A stretch of DNA of 60,446 bases from Candidatus Sericytochromatia bacterium (GCA_035285865.1 JAYKHS010000020.1:1-60446); one strand, 5' to 3'. Counted from the first letter of the stretch, positions 34,252 to 44,865 are shown. Program-made: numbers and translations. The notes: generated from the letters alone by a model not told the origin.

Positions 34252-34719
34252 CTACAGCCCGATGCGCACGACGGCCGAGGCGCCCCACGCCCTGCCCGTG
34301 GCACCGCCGAGCAGATTGTTCATCTCGGGATCCGGAAGGCCCCAGACCGAGGCTTCCAGATCAAGCAACCCGAGCAGCGCGAAGCGTCCGCCGGCCGTGA
34401 GCCCGTAGGCCCCGGGCATGGTCCGGATCGGTGCCGGGCCTACCGGAAACCATTGCTGTGCCGTCACGCCCGCTGAGGTCGTCAGCGGGCCGAGGGGCAG
34501 TTCCCAGACCAGATCGGTCCGTGCGCCCACGGAATGCCAGGCGTCTGCGCCCGCGAGGGCCGTCCAGCGTGCGTACCCGCCCTGGATCTTGAGCGTCAGC
34601 GGTCCTACGGGCCCACCCGCCCAGAGGATGGGAATCTGCACGGACCGCGCCTGGACAGGCTCCTCGGCGACGCGGGTCTCGATGACCTGGCCCCCGAAAG
34701 GCAGCGTGTAGAGGCTCAT
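34252..34719 (-). CDS. Hypothetical protein with amphipathic beta-strand pattern
   Basis: ATG overlaps the stop of the upstream regulator (ATGA); alternating beta-strand pattern. Confidence 0.55.
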   Translation of the reverse strand: MSLYTLPFGGQVIETRVAEEPVQARSVQIPILWAGGPVGPLTLKIQGGYARWTALAGADAWHSVGARTDLVWELPLGPLTTSAGVTAQQWFPVGPAPIRTMPGAYGLTAGGRFALLGLLDLEASVWGLPDPEMNNLLGGATGRAWGASAVVRIGL

Positions 34720-35708
34720 CGGGGCTGGGGTACCGTGGGCGGCGTGAGCTTGATGTCCGTCCGGAAGAGGTGGATCGTGAGCAGCACCATCCACAATGGG
34801 CTCATGTCCTCGGGCAGGTCGATGTCGGCCTCAACCGGGGCCCCGGCCACCTTGTGGATGCGTCGGACCTTGCCCACGACTGGGTCCAGGCTGGGGGGGT
34901 TGCGGATCTCCATCGTGATCTCGTCGCCGACGTTCAGGCCGTCATGCACGCCGACAAGCCGAAGACCCAAGGGTGACAGGTGACCCAGCGTGGCCAGGCG
35001 GTAGAACTGGCCAGGCACCCGGTAGCGCAGCGGCAGGTCCGAAGCGCGGCGGAATCGCTGTTGGCGCTGGCTGCGGTGCGGCGGGCTGATGAGCCGGACC
35101 GAGAGCAGTTCGGGATCTTCGGTGTCCGGCAGGACGACGATACGCCGACGCGTGGCCGTGCCGTCCCGGTCCTCGTACTGCAGTTCGCCCTCGGTACCCG
35201 GACCGTGGGCCAGCCCGGCCTGCTCGCCCCACGCCGGACGCTGGATGAAAAGCGTTTCGTCGGCCTGCCCGCGCGAAACCGTGTTGTAGGTGCGGCTCTG
35301 GTCGTCGAGCTGCAGGGTCATCGGGGTGTCGAGGGGGTGGTGATCGCCGGCGACGCGGTTGAGGCGCTGCAGCAGGGTCTTGCCGTCCAGAGGCTTGGGC
35401 AGGAACTCGGAGGCTCCGGACTCGATGGTGGCCTGCAGGACTTCGGCCGTGGTCTTCGAGGACATCATCACGACGGGCATCAGGCAGGTGAAGGGATTGC
35501 ACCGGATGGCCATGGCCAGCAAGGGACCGGGCAGGCCTCCCAGCTCGTAGTCGATCAGGGCCATCGACGGCTGCTGCTTGATCGCGGCCGAGATGGCCTC
35601 GACGCCGTCTCCGACCGACACGCAGTCGTAACCCTCACCGGCCAGCATCGCGACGAGGTTCCTGCGGTGCTGGGTGGAAGGGTCGGCAAGAAGAAGGAGG
35701 CGTCCCAA
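34716..35708 (-). CDS. Response-regulator receiver domain fused to YcgR/PilZ-like C-terminal region
   Basis: REC: LIDYEL (phospho-Asp), PVVMMS and FLPKP. C-terminal QRQQRFR...HLSPLG resembles a degenerate PilZ. Confidence 0.75.
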   Translation of the reverse strand: MGRLLLLADPSTQHRRNLVAMLAGEGYDCVSVGDGVEAISAAIKQQPSMALIDYELGGLPGPLLAMAIRCNPFTCLMPVVMMSSKTTAEVLQATIESGASEFLPKPLDGKTLLQRLNRVAGDHHPLDTPMTLQLDDQSRTYNTVSRGQADETLFIQRPAWGEQAGLAHGPGTEGELQYEDRDGTATRRRIVVLPDTEDPELLSVRLISPPHRSQRQQRFRRASDLPLRYRVPGQFYRLATLGHLSPLGLRLVGVHDGLNVGDEITMEIRNPPSLDPVVGKVRRIHKVAGAPVEADIDLPEDMSPLWMVLLTIHLFRTDIKLTPPTVPQPR

Positions 35709-35812
35709 GGCAGTCCATCATACCCGGGGAGCACCGCAGAGCTAACCTCCACGCCTGACTCCGGCTTCCAGGGCGTAGAATGGAGCGAGGCCGACGACAC
35801 GAGGAGGTGGCG

Positions 35813-37522
35813 ATGGCGACCTTGGACACGCTGGACGAGACCGGACTGGACAGGTTGCTGGCCGGCGAGGAGGGGCACCTCCTGAGCGCGCCGCGGGGCA
35901 AGGAACTGCGCTGTCGCGGCTGGGTCCAGGAAGCCGCCCTGCGCATGTTGCTGAACAACCTCGATCCCGAGGTGGCCGAGCACCCGGAGCGCCTCGTGGT
36001 CTATGGAGGGACGGGCAAGGCCGCCCGTGGCTGGCCCGAACTGCGGGCCATGGTGCGCACCTTGATGACGCTGGCGGACGACGAGACGATGCTCGTCCAG
36101 TCCGGACGTCCGGTCGGGGTGTTCCGCACGCACGTCGATGCGCCGCGGGTGCTGATCGCCAACAGCAATCTGGTCGGGAAGTGGGCGGACTGGGGTCACT
36201 TCCGCGATCTCGAGGATCGCGGCCTGATGATGTATGGCCAGATGACGGCCGGCAGTTGGATCTACATCGGGACGCAGGGCATCCTGCAGGGCACGTGGGA
36301 AACCTTCCGCGCCTTGGCCCGCAAGCACTTCGGGGGCACGCTCGCCGGCCGCTGGGTGCTGACGGCGGGTCTCGGCGGCATGGGCGGCGCGCAGCCCTTG
36401 GCCGTCACCATGAACGATGGCGTGGCCCTCGTGGTCGAAGTCGACGAGACGCGCATCCGTCGACGCCTCGAGACGCGCTACGTCATGGAGATGGCGACGG
36501 ATCTCGAGGACGCCATGAACCGGGTCCGGGCGGCCGTGGCCGAGCGTCGTCCCCTCTCCGTCGGGCTGCTGGGCAACATTGCCGAGGTCGCGCCGGAGCT
36601 CGTGCGGCGGGGTTGGATTCCGGACGTCGTGACCGACCAGACCTCGGCCCACGATCCTTCCTGCGGCTACCTGCCTCCGGGGACGAATCCCCGCTCGGCC
36701 AAGGAGCAGGCCGCGTCGGATCCCGGCGACTACGCCCGGCGCGTCGGAGAGGCTGCCGCACATCATGTGCGGGCCATCCTCGCCATGATGCAGGCGGGTG
36801 CCGTGGCCTTCGACTACGGCAACAACCTGCGCCAGTTGGCCAAGGACCACGGCGTGGCCGAGGCCTTTGCCTATCCCGGCTTCATCCCGGCCTATATCCG
36901 GCCGCTGTTCTGCGAGGGCAAGGGTCCCTTCCGCTGGGCCGCCCTGTCCGGTGACCCGGCCGATATCGCCCGCATCGACCGTTACATCCTGGAGGAGTTC
37001 GGTGCCGACGGGGATCTGGCCCACTGGATTCGTCTCGCACGGGACCAGGTTGCCTTCCAGGGCTTGCCGGCCCGAATCTGCTGGCTTGGTTACGGCGACA
37101 GGGCCCGCCTCGGCCGGGCCATCAACGACCTGGTCGCACGAGGCGAGGTCTCGGCACCGGTCGTCATCGGGCGCGACCATCTAGACTGCGGCTCGGTCGC
37201 CTCGCCCAACCGCGAGACGGAAGCGATGCGTGACGGGACGGACGCGGTGGCGGACTGGGTCTACCTGAACGCCCTCGTCAACACCTCGGGCGGGGCTTCG
37301 TGGGTTTCCCTGCATCACGGAGGCGGGGTCGGCATCGGCTACTCCCTGCACGCGGGCATGGTCATCGTCGCCGACGGCACCGCCGAGGCGGACAGGCGGC
37401 TCGAGCGCGTGCTGACCAGCGATCCCGGCATGGGCGTCATCCGGCACGCCGACGCCGGCTACGACGAGGCCATCGCCTGCGCCGACGCGCGGGGTGTCCG
37501 CCTGCCGATGCGGGAGTCGTGA
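35813..37522 (+). CDS. hutU: Urocanate hydratase
   Basis: [25 protein letters not shown] and [18 protein letters not shown] motifs; SD GAGGAGG. Confidence 0.98.
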   Translation: MATLDTLDETGLDRLLAGEEGHLLSAPRGKELRCRGWVQEAALRMLLNNLDPEVAEHPERLVVYGGTGKAARGWPELRAMVRTLMTLADDETMLVQSGRPVGVFRTHVDAPRVLIANSNLVGKWADWGHFRDLEDRGLMMYGQMTAGSWIYIGTQGILQGTWETFRALARKHFGGTLAGRWVLTAGLGGMGGAQPLAVTMNDGVALVVEVDETRIRRRLETRYVMEMATDLEDAMNRVRAAVAERRPLSVGLLGNIAEVAPELVRRGWIPDVVTDQTSAHDPSCGYLPPGTNPRSAKEQAASDPGDYARRVGEAAAHHVRAILAMMQAGAVAFDYGNNLRQLAKDHGVAEAFAYPGFIPAYIRPLFCEGKGPFRWAALSGDPADIARIDRYILEEFGADGDLAHWIRLARDQVAFQGLPARICWLGYGDRARLGRAINDLVARGEVSAPVVIGRDHLDCGSVASPNRETEAMRDGTDAVADWVYLNALVNTSGGASWVSLHHGGGVGIGYSLHAGMVIVADGTAEADRRLERVLTSDPGMGVIRHADAGYDEAIACADARGVRLPMRES

Positions 37523-38799
37523 TGGTCGCGGCCGTCGACTGGCTCCTGCGTGGTGCAAGGCTCGTCACGCCCGCGGGTGAGTCTGGCCCGCTGGCCGGCC
37601 CTCGGCAGGGCGAGCTGATTGTCCACGATCGGGGTGCCGTGGCTTTGGCCGGCGGGCGCATCGTCGCGGCGGGTGCCGAGTCGGCCGTCCTTCAGGCCGT
37701 GGGCACCGGACCGGGAACCCGTGAGGTGGACCTCGAGGGCCGGCTGCTGACGCCCGGTCTGATCGATGCGCACACGCACCCGGTCTACGCCGGACTGCGC
37801 CTGGATGATTTCGAGCGCCGCGCGCGCGGCGCGACCTATGGCGAGATCCTGGCGGCCGGCGGTGGCATCCACGAGACCGTCCGGCGCACGCGGGCGGCAA
37901 CGGTGGCCGAACTGGTCACTGGCCTCGAGGCTCGGCTGGACCGTTTTCTTGCCTGTGGTACCACCACAATCGAAGCCAAGAGCGGCTACGGGCTCGATAC
38001 CGAAGCCGAGCTGGCCCAGCTCGAGGTCATTGCGTCGGCGCGGCACCCCGTGGCCCGGATTCCCACGTGGCTTGGTGCGCATGCCGTGCCCCCCGGCACG
38101 GATCCCGACGAGGCCATCGATCGTCTGATTGAGGAAAGCCTGCCGGCCGTTGCAGCCCAGGGCATCGCGCGGTTTGCGGACATCTTCTGCGAGCACGGTG
38201 TCTACACGACTGGACAAGCCGAGCGCCTGTTGACCGCAGCGCGGGCCAACGGTCTCGGGCTCAAGCTCCACGCGGACGAGTTGGTCGATACGGGTGGCGC
38301 AGCGTTGGCTGCCCGGCTCGGCGCGGTCAGCGCCGACCATCTTCACGTGGCGCACTCGGACGGTCTCGCGGCCATGGCCGCGGCAGGTACCCTTGCCGTG
38401 CTATTGCCGGGAACGGGCATGTTCCTCGGCATGCGCGAGCCGGCCCCGGCCCGCACGATGATCGCGGCGGGGGTGCCTGTAGCGGTCGCGACCGACCACA
38501 ACCCCGGCTCGAGCCCGGCCGTGTCCTTGCCTCTGATGATGACGCTCGCCGTCACGCAGTTGCGCCTGACGCCGGCAGAAGCCTTCGTGGGTGTCACGGC
38601 CAACGCCGCAGCGGCAGTGGGCCAAGGCGATCGGCTTGGCCGCATCCTGCCGGGCAAGCAGGCGGATCTGGTGGCGTGGGATCTGCATGATTGGCGCGAG
38701 CTTGCCTATCACGTCGGGTCGGTCGGCGTCGCCGGTGTCTGGATTGCCGGCCGCGGCGTCCGCGGCGCTCTGGCGAATGCATCACAGGATGCCGACTAG
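37522..38799 (+). CDS. hutI: Imidazolonepropionase
   Basis: DAHTH, EAKSGYGL, DIFCE, HADEL and ATDHNPGSSP motifs. Confidence 0.97.
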   Translation: MVAAVDWLLRGARLVTPAGESGPLAGPRQGELIVHDRGAVALAGGRIVAAGAESAVLQAVGTGPGTREVDLEGRLLTPGLIDAHTHPVYAGLRLDDFERRARGATYGEILAAGGGIHETVRRTRAATVAELVTGLEARLDRFLACGTTTIEAKSGYGLDTEAELAQLEVIASARHPVARIPTWLGAHAVPPGTDPDEAIDRLIEESLPAVAAQGIARFADIFCEHGVYTTGQAERLLTAARANGLGLKLHADELVDTGGAALAARLGAVSADHLHVAHSDGLAAMAAAGTLAVLLPGTGMFLGMREPAPARTMIAAGVPVAVATDHNPGSSPAVSLPLMMTLAVTQLRLTPAEAFVGVTANAAAAVGQGDRLGRILPGKQADLVAWDLHDWRELAYHVGSVGVAGVWIAGRGVRGALANASQDAD

Positions 38800-38819
38800 G
38801 CAGAGGTTAGACTGCGGAC

Positions 38820-40442
38820 ATGGCCAAGCTCATCGAATGCGTCCCCAACATCAGTGAGGGCCGTGACCCGGCCCGGATCGAGGCGGCGCGAGCTGCGCTC
38901 GCGCAGGATCCGCGCATCACGGTGCTCGACGTCAAGCCGGACGAAAGCCATCACCGGACCGTCCTGACCTTCGCCGGTCCGGCCGAAGCCATGGAAGACG
39001 CCGTGCTCAGGCTCTTCGAGGAGGTGCTGCGCTGGATCGATCTGCGGAGCCATCAGGGTGAGCATCCGCGCATGGGTGCCGTGGACGTCGTGCCCTTCGT
39101 GCCGCTCGGAGAGACCACCATGGCGGAGTGCACGGCCATCGCAGAATCCGTCGCCCGCGCCGTTGCTGCGCGCTTTCAGGTGCCGGCGTACCTCTATGCC
39201 GAAGCGGCGCGCCGGCCCGAACGCAAGGTGCTCGCGAACATCCGCAAGGGCGAGTTCGAAGGGCTTGCGGCCAAGATGGCCGATCCCGCGTGGGCGCCCG
39301 ATTTCGGACCCTCCGCGCCTCATCCGACGGCTGGTGCCGTGGCCATCGGTGCCCGGCCATTCCTTATCGCTTACAACCTGCAGCTCAACACCCGCGACGT
39401 GAAGGTCGCCCAAGAGGTGGCCAAGGCCGTGCGGGGTTCGGGAGGTGGGCTTGCAAACGTCCAGGCCATGGGCGTGCACCTAGCCGATCGAGACGTGGCC
39501 CAGGTGTCGATGAACCTGCTCGACTACCGCAAGACGCCCATCCGCAGGGTCCAGGAGCTGGTGAAGGCCGAGGCCGCCCGCTTTGGCGCGACCGTGACGG
39601 ATGCCGAGATCGTCGGCCTCATCCCGCGGGATGCTCTGGTGAACGCGGCGGCCGACTACCTGCAGCTTCCGGGGTCGCCCAAGGAGCTCATCCTTGAGGA
39701 GCACCTGGACGGTGAGGCCCGGCCTGGGCCCGAGCCCGGCGGCTATCAGGCAGATCGGATCGGCGCGCTGAGCCTGTCTGCCTTCCTGTCGGACATGGTC
39801 TCCCGGCAGGCCGTGCCCGGCGGCGGTTGCGCGGCCGCCTTCTCGGGTGCGATGGGCGCGGCACTTGTCGGCATGGTGGGTGCGCTGACGGAGGGCCGCA
39901 AGGGCTACGAGAGCGTGGCCGTGACCGCCGAAAACCTGCGGGAGCAGGGCGATGAGCTGATGCAGGCTCTGCTTCGTGCCGTTGCCGAGGATGCCGGGGC
40001 CTTCGAGCGGGTCATGGAAGGTTTCCGGATGCCCAAGGGCACGGATGAAGAGCGTGCTGCGCGGACCGCGGCCATCGAGGAGGCCAACCGGGGGGCGACG
40101 GAAGTGCCGCTGCAGGCGGCGCGCGAGGCGTTGGCCGTTGCAGAGCTGGCTTTGTCTGCTCTCGAGCATGGCGTGCCTCAGGCGGCCTCGGACGCCGGTT
40201 GCGGGGCGCTGCTCTCGCTGGCGGCCGTCGAGGGTGCCTTGCTCAACGTGGCCATCAATCTGGGTGGGCTGTCGGATGCAGCCTGGGTGGCGGAGCGTCG
40301 CGAGGAGGCCGTGGCCATGCTGGTCCGTTCGGCGCGTCTTCGTGAGGATCTCTGGAGCCTGCTGCGCGCGCGGGTCCCGGTGATCGATGCCATGGCCGAA
40401 GAGGCCTCGCGGGTGCATCAGCCCGAGAAGGCCGTTTCGTGA
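38820..40442 (+). CDS. ftcD: Bifunctional glutamate formiminotransferase / formiminotetrahydrofolate cyclodeaminase
   Basis: ECVPNISEGR, HHRTV, HPRMGAVDVVPF and QVSMNL (FT domain); PGGGCAAA, SDAG and NVAINL (CD domain). Confidence 0.94.
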   Translation: MAKLIECVPNISEGRDPARIEAARAALAQDPRITVLDVKPDESHHRTVLTFAGPAEAMEDAVLRLFEEVLRWIDLRSHQGEHPRMGAVDVVPFVPLGETTMAECTAIAESVARAVAARFQVPAYLYAEAARRPERKVLANIRKGEFEGLAAKMADPAWAPDFGPSAPHPTAGAVAIGARPFLIAYNLQLNTRDVKVAQEVAKAVRGSGGGLANVQAMGVHLADRDVAQVSMNLLDYRKTPIRRVQELVKAEAARFGATVTDAEIVGLIPRDALVNAAADYLQLPGSPKELILEEHLDGEARPGPEPGGYQADRIGALSLSAFLSDMVSRQAVPGGGCAAAFSGAMGAALVGMVGALTEGRKGYESVAVTAENLREQGDELMQALLRAVAEDAGAFERVMEGFRMPKGTDEERAARTAAIEEANRGATEVPLQAAREALAVAELALSALEHGVPQAASDAGCGALLSLAAVEGALLNVAINLGGLSDAAWVAERREEAVAMLVRSARLREDLWSLLRARVPVIDAMAEEASRVHQPEKAVS

Positions 40443-41980
40443 CGGCTGCGGCACCCCTGCGCCTCAGGGGACAGGGGCTTGCGCTCGCTGAGGTCCGTGA
40501 GGTGGCGCGCGCGGGCAGGACCGTGCTCCTCGACGAGGCGGCGCGGGCGCGGATGCAGGTGTCGCGCGACCGGATCGAGGCCGTCGTGCGTGGTGGCGAG
40601 GTCGTCTACGGCGTGAATACCGGCTTCGGGGCCCTCAAGGACCGACGTATCCCGGACGGCAGCCTTGCCCAGCTCCAGCAGAATCTCCTGCGCAGCCATG
40701 CCGCCGGCGTGGGCGAGCCGTTCCCGGCGGACGTGGTCCGGGCGATGCTGCTCCTGCGCGCCAACGCGCTGGCGGTGGGTGCCTCGGGGATTCGCCCCCT
40801 GGTGGTGGACCGCCTGCTCGAGATGTTGCGCCTGGACCTGCTGCCTGAAGTGCCATGCCAGGGCTCCGTGGGGGCCTCCGGCGACCTCGCACCCCTGGCT
40901 CATCTTGCGCTGCCGCTGACGGGAGAGGGTTGGGTACTGCATCGAGGCGTCCGGCGTCCGGCTGCCGAGGCGCTTGCCGCGGAGGGCTTGGAGCCCATCG
41001 AACTCGAAGCCAAGGAGGGCTTGGCGCTCATCAACGGCACCCAGGCCATGACTGCGGTCGGCGTGTTGGCTGCGGAGGATGCCCTGGCACTCTTCCGACT
41101 GGCGGATGTCGCGGCTGCGCTGTCGGTGGATGCGCTGCTGGGATCGCGTCAGCCCTTCGACCCCGAATTTCACGCCCTGCGTCCCCACGCCGGCCAGGCC
41201 GCCAGTGCCGCCAACCTCTGGCGGCTGCTCGACGGGAGCCCGATCATGGCTTCCCACGTCGACTGTGATCGTGTGCAGGATCCCTACTCGCTGCGCTGCA
41301 CGCCACAGGTCCACGGCGCAAGTCGGGATACGCTGGATCATGTCCGCCGCGTGCTCGAGATCGAGATCAACTCGGCGACGGACAACCCCCTGATCCTTGC
41401 GGGTTCCGGCCAGGTCCGCACGGGCGGGCACTTCCACGGACAGCCGGTCGCGCTGGTGATGGATTTCCTCAAGGTCGCGGCCTGTGAAGTCGCCAACCTG
41501 TCCGGTTGCAGGCTCGAGCGTCTCGTCAACCCTCACTACTCACAGGGCTTGCCTGCTTTCCTGACGCCGGACGGCGGCCTGCATTCGGGTTACATGATCG
41601 CCCAGTACACGGCGGCAGCGCTCGTCAGCGAGAACAAGGTCCTGGCCCATCCGGCCAGCGTGGACTCGATACCGACCGGTGCCGGCCAGGAGGACCACGT
41701 CAGCATGGGGACGATTGCCGCGCGGCAGGCCGCCCAGATCGTGGCCAATCTGACGCATGTGTTGGCCCTCGAGCTGCTGTGTGCCATCCAGGCGCTGGGA
41801 TTCCGGGCCCCGCTCGTGCCCGGCGAAGCGGCGCGGGCGCTCGTGGCCGAGGTGCGCCGGGAAGTGCCGCCACTTGCAGAGGATCGGCATGTCGGGGGCG
41901 ACGTCGCCGCGCTCGTCCGCCTGGTCCGGGAAGGACGCCTGCTCGCCGTGGCCGAGAACGTCGTGGGGGCCCTCGCGTGA
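40439..41980 (+). CDS. hutH: Histidine ammonia-lyase
   Basis: YGVNTGFG, RSH, GASGDLAPL (MIO-forming ASG), KEGLALINGT, QDPYSLRC and QEDHVSMG motifs. Confidence 0.97.
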   Translation: MTAAAPLRLRGQGLALAEVREVARAGRTVLLDEAARARMQVSRDRIEAVVRGGEVVYGVNTGFGALKDRRIPDGSLAQLQQNLLRSHAAGVGEPFPADVVRAMLLLRANALAVGASGIRPLVVDRLLEMLRLDLLPEVPCQGSVGASGDLAPLAHLALPLTGEGWVLHRGVRRPAAEALAAEGLEPIELEAKEGLALINGTQAMTAVGVLAAEDALALFRLADVAAALSVDALLGSRQPFDPEFHALRPHAGQAASAANLWRLLDGSPIMASHVDCDRVQDPYSLRCTPQVHGASRDTLDHVRRVLEIEINSATDNPLILAGSGQVRTGGHFHGQPVALVMDFLKVAACEVANLSGCRLERLVNPHYSQGLPAFLTPDGGLHSGYMIAQYTAAALVSENKVLAHPASVDSIPTGAGQEDHVSMGTIAARQAAQIVANLTHVLALELLCAIQALGFRAPLVPGEAARALVAEVRREVPPLAEDRHVGGDVAALVRLVREGRLLAVAENVVGALA

Positions 41981-42672
41981 ATGCCTTCCTCGCCCGCGTT
42001 CAGGGCAAGCTCATCATTTCGTGCCAGGCCCAGCCAGGCGAACCGCTTCACGGTAGCGCACACATGGCGGCCATGGCGCGTGCCGCCGCCGAGGCCGGAG
42101 CGGGCGCCATTCGCGCCGAGAGCCCCGCAGACATCGCCGCCATCCGGGCCGCGGTCGACCTGCCGATCCTGGGCCTGTACAAGCAGAAGGTTTTCGAGGG
42201 CAACTGGTGCCGTATCACGCCCACCTTCGCTTCGGCCCGTGAGGTCGTGGCCGCCGGGGCCGATGCCATCGCCACCGAAGCCACCGGCGCGCCGCGTCCC
42301 GACGGGCAACCTCTGACGCAGTTCCTGACCCTCTGCATGCTCGAGCTTGAGCGACCAGTGATTGCCGACGTTTCGACCCTGGAGGAGGGCCTCTTGGCCG
42401 CCGAACAGGGCGCGGTGGCAGTGGCCACGACGATGGCCGGCTACACGCTGCAGAGCGGCGGGCCGCGCACCACGCCCGACTTCGACCTGCTGGAAGCCCT
42501 GGTCCGCCGATGCCCGGTTCCTGTCATTCTCGAAGGCCATGTCTGGGAGCCGGCCCAGGTGACGGAAGGCTTCCGGCGGGGTGCACATGCCGTGGTGGTG
42601 GGCTCGGCCATCACGCGGCCGCAGCTGATCGCGCGGCGTTTCGTGGATGCCGTTCCGGCGCGGGGATCCTGA
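41977..42672 (+). CDS. nanE: N-acetylmannosamine-6-phosphate 2-epimerase
   Basis: LIISCQA, AIRA, GLYK, ITPT, ADVST and VVVGSAITRP motifs. GTG overlaps the hutH stop. Confidence 0.92.
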   Translation: MNAFLARVQGKLIISCQAQPGEPLHGSAHMAAMARAAAEAGAGAIRAESPADIAAIRAAVDLPILGLYKQKVFEGNWCRITPTFASAREVVAAGADAIATEATGAPRPDGQPLTQFLTLCMLELERPVIADVSTLEEGLLAAEQGAVAVATTMAGYTLQSGGPRTTPDFDLLEALVRRCPVPVILEGHVWEPAQVTEGFRRGAHAVVVGSAITRPQLIARRFVDAVPARGS

Positions 42673-43604
42673 TGATGGCGGGGCAGGCCTGGACAGTCGG
42701 ACTGGATGTCGGGGGCACCAAGGTGCTCGGCGGCCTGGTTGCAGAGGACGGGCAGGTTGCGACCACGTTGCGTCGGGACACGCCCGTCGGCGAGGGGGCC
42801 TCAGGCATTCTTGCCACGATGGCCGCCGTCACCCGTGCGTTGATGGCCGAATCTGCGGGACCCGTGCACGGGGTGGGCGTCTCCACGGCCGGTCACGTCG
42901 AGGCCGGGACGGGGACCGTCATCGACGGCACGCCCAACCTGCCCGGCTGGGCGGGTACGCCGGTGGCTGCGTGGCTGTCGGATACCGTCGGCCTGCCCGT
43001 TTGCGCGGACAACGATGCCAATGCCGCGGCCTGGGCCGAGGCGTGGTGCGGAGCGGGCAAGGGCTTGCGCACGGTCGTGGCCGTGACGCTCGGGACGGGC
43101 TTCGGGGGCGGCGTCGTCGACGCCGGCCACGTCCTGCGCGGCGCCCATGGTGGCGGGGCCGAGCTGGGTCACATGATTCTGGTTCCCGACGGCCGGGCTT
43201 GCAATTGTGGCCGTTTCGGCTGTGTCGAGGCCTACCTGTCGGGTACGGCATTGGGCCGCGAGGCGGTGCGCCTCTGGGGTGCGGATGCCGATGCCCACGT
43301 GCTTTTCGCGCGGGCCGAGGCGGGTGATGGTCTGGCACTCGAGGTCCTCGAGACCTTCTCGGCGCAACTGGCGAGCGTGATGGTCAGCCTGACCAGCCTG
43401 TTCGACCCGGACGTGATTCTGATCGGCGGCGGCCTGTCGCGCCAGGGGGAGGCTTACCTTCCGAGGATGCGTGCCCGCATGGACCTCATGCTGGCCGGAC
43501 GCAGATGGTCATCCGCCATGGTGAGACTGGCGGCATTGGGTGAGGCAGCAGGCTTCATCGGGGCGGCGGGGCAGGCGTGGCAGCACTTCGGCACCCGTCG
43601 CTGA
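42672..43604 (+). CDS. ROK family sugar kinase (NanK/glucokinase-like)
   Basis: GLDVGGTK, NDANAAA, GTGFGGG and ELGH...CNCGRFGCVE motifs. Confidence 0.92.
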   Translation: MMAGQAWTVGLDVGGTKVLGGLVAEDGQVATTLRRDTPVGEGASGILATMAAVTRALMAESAGPVHGVGVSTAGHVEAGTGTVIDGTPNLPGWAGTPVAAWLSDTVGLPVCADNDANAAAWAEAWCGAGKGLRTVVAVTLGTGFGGGVVDAGHVLRGAHGGGAELGHMILVPDGRACNCGRFGCVEAYLSGTALGREAVRLWGADADAHVLFARAEAGDGLALEVLETFSAQLASVMVSLTSLFDPDVILIGGGLSRQGEAYLPRMRARMDLMLAGRRWSSAMVRLAALGEAAGFIGAAGQAWQHFGTRR

Positions 43605-44758
43605 TCCTGGCGGGCCTGATCGCCCTGGCGGTGCCCATGCTGGCGCTGGTGCCCCAACCTGTGGCCCTTGCTGCACCGATGACCATCGGGGAGCCCGCCT
43701 GGGATCCGGTGGCCGGCGTCGTGACCGTGCCCGTTGGTGGGCCTGTGGCGTGGGTCCAGCGCACGAATGGCCCCGAGGTGGTGGTCGAGTTGCTGGATGC
43801 CCGGTTGCGGCGACCGCTCGATCGAAAGGTGGCGACCAGCTTCGGGGCGCTCGGCCTGTCGGCCCGCGCCGTGCCCGGCGTGGTGCCGCGGGTTCGCCTC
43901 GCTTTCCGCTGGCCCGCGGGGGTGAGGCCGGATCTCGTCGTACAGGAGGGACCCGGAGTGCTCATCCTCAAGCCCGGCGTGCGGCGTGCCGGCGAGGCCG
44001 AGCTCGAGACCCTGCCTGGCAGTGTCGGCGAGGCCCGGCCCGTCCTGCGAACCCCGGACCCGCGGCCGTCCGGCCTGTCCGAGACGAATCAGCGCCCCGT
44101 TGCCGTAGCCGGGACGCCCGAGCCGACAGAGGATTCGGGGACCCGTCGCCCGGGTATTCGGCACGCTTCTCCGAATCCAGGCCGCCTCCGGCCACGCTCC
44201 GTCGCGGTGCTGTTTCTCGAACAGGTCGAAACGCTGGATCAGCGTGCGAACGGCCTGCAGGCCGGATACCCCTTCGGCCCGAGCCAGGCATGGATCGAGC
44301 ACTGGTGGACGCCTTGGCTCGGCACGAGCCTCTCCTGGCGCCAGCTTTCATGGACCGCAAGGGGGCCCGCGGGTCTGGTTCAGCGCCAGGACGATCGCAT
44401 CCAGGCCGGGGTGGGTGCCCGGTGGGCCCTGCAGGACTGGATCGACCTGCAGCTTTGGGGCGCTGCGGCGGCTCGGCAGTCCGTGGTCGTACCCGAGCCA
44501 CCGCGGAGCTCCGTCGATCCTTCGCTCGGGGCCGTGGTCCAGGTTTTGCCGCTGGCACCCGTGACCCTGCGCCTCCACGGCCAGGCCTTTGTGCCGGGGG
44601 CGGACGGGGGCTTGCCCTACCGGGCAGGCGCGGACCTGCTGTTCGAGGCCGGACCGACCCTCTGGTCCTTCGGCTATGACCATGACGAGGGGCCGACTCC
44701 GGGTGGGCAGCAGACCATCCTCGGGGCCTTGCGGCTGGGCCTGGGCTGGACCTGGTAG
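43577..44758 (+). CDS. Secreted protein: AMIN-like N-domain, Pro-rich linker, probable outer-membrane beta-barrel
   Basis: Signal peptide; VVVELLDARL and RVRLAF AMIN-like strands; amphipathic strands ending in GLGWTW. Confidence 0.6.
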   Translation: MAALRHPSLILAGLIALAVPMLALVPQPVALAAPMTIGEPAWDPVAGVVTVPVGGPVAWVQRTNGPEVVVELLDARLRRPLDRKVATSFGALGLSARAVPGVVPRVRLAFRWPAGVRPDLVVQEGPGVLILKPGVRRAGEAELETLPGSVGEARPVLRTPDPRPSGLSETNQRPVAVAGTPEPTEDSGTRRPGIRHASPNPGRLRPRSVAVLFLEQVETLDQRANGLQAGYPFGPSQAWIEHWWTPWLGTSLSWRQLSWTARGPAGLVQRQDDRIQAGVGARWALQDWIDLQLWGAAAARQSVVVPEPPRSSVDPSLGAVVQVLPLAPVTLRLHGQAFVPGADGGLPYRAGADLLFEAGPTLWSFGYDHDEGPTPGGQQTILGALRLGLGWTW

Positions 44759-44777
44759 CGGCCTCGCCCGATGGCCT

Positions 44778-44806
44778 TTGACGGCGTGTGCGGCCCATGT
44801 TATGAA
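44778..44806 (+). promoter_or_regulatory. Sigma70-type promoter of the hrcA operon
   Basis: TTGACG (44778-83), 17 bp spacer, TATGAA (44801-06) with an upstream TG extension. Confidence 0.7.
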
Positions 44807-44815
44807 GAGCTGGCC

Positions 44816-44842
44816 TTGGCACTCCCGACGCCCGAGTGCTAA
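44816..44842 (+). promoter_or_regulatory. CIRCE element (HrcA operator)
   Basis: TTGGCACTC-N9-GAGTGCTAA, one mismatch from TTAGCACTC-N9-GAGTGCTAA, directly upstream of hrcA. Confidence 0.95.
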
Positions 44843-44865
44843 AGCCGCCCCATCAGGTAAGGACC

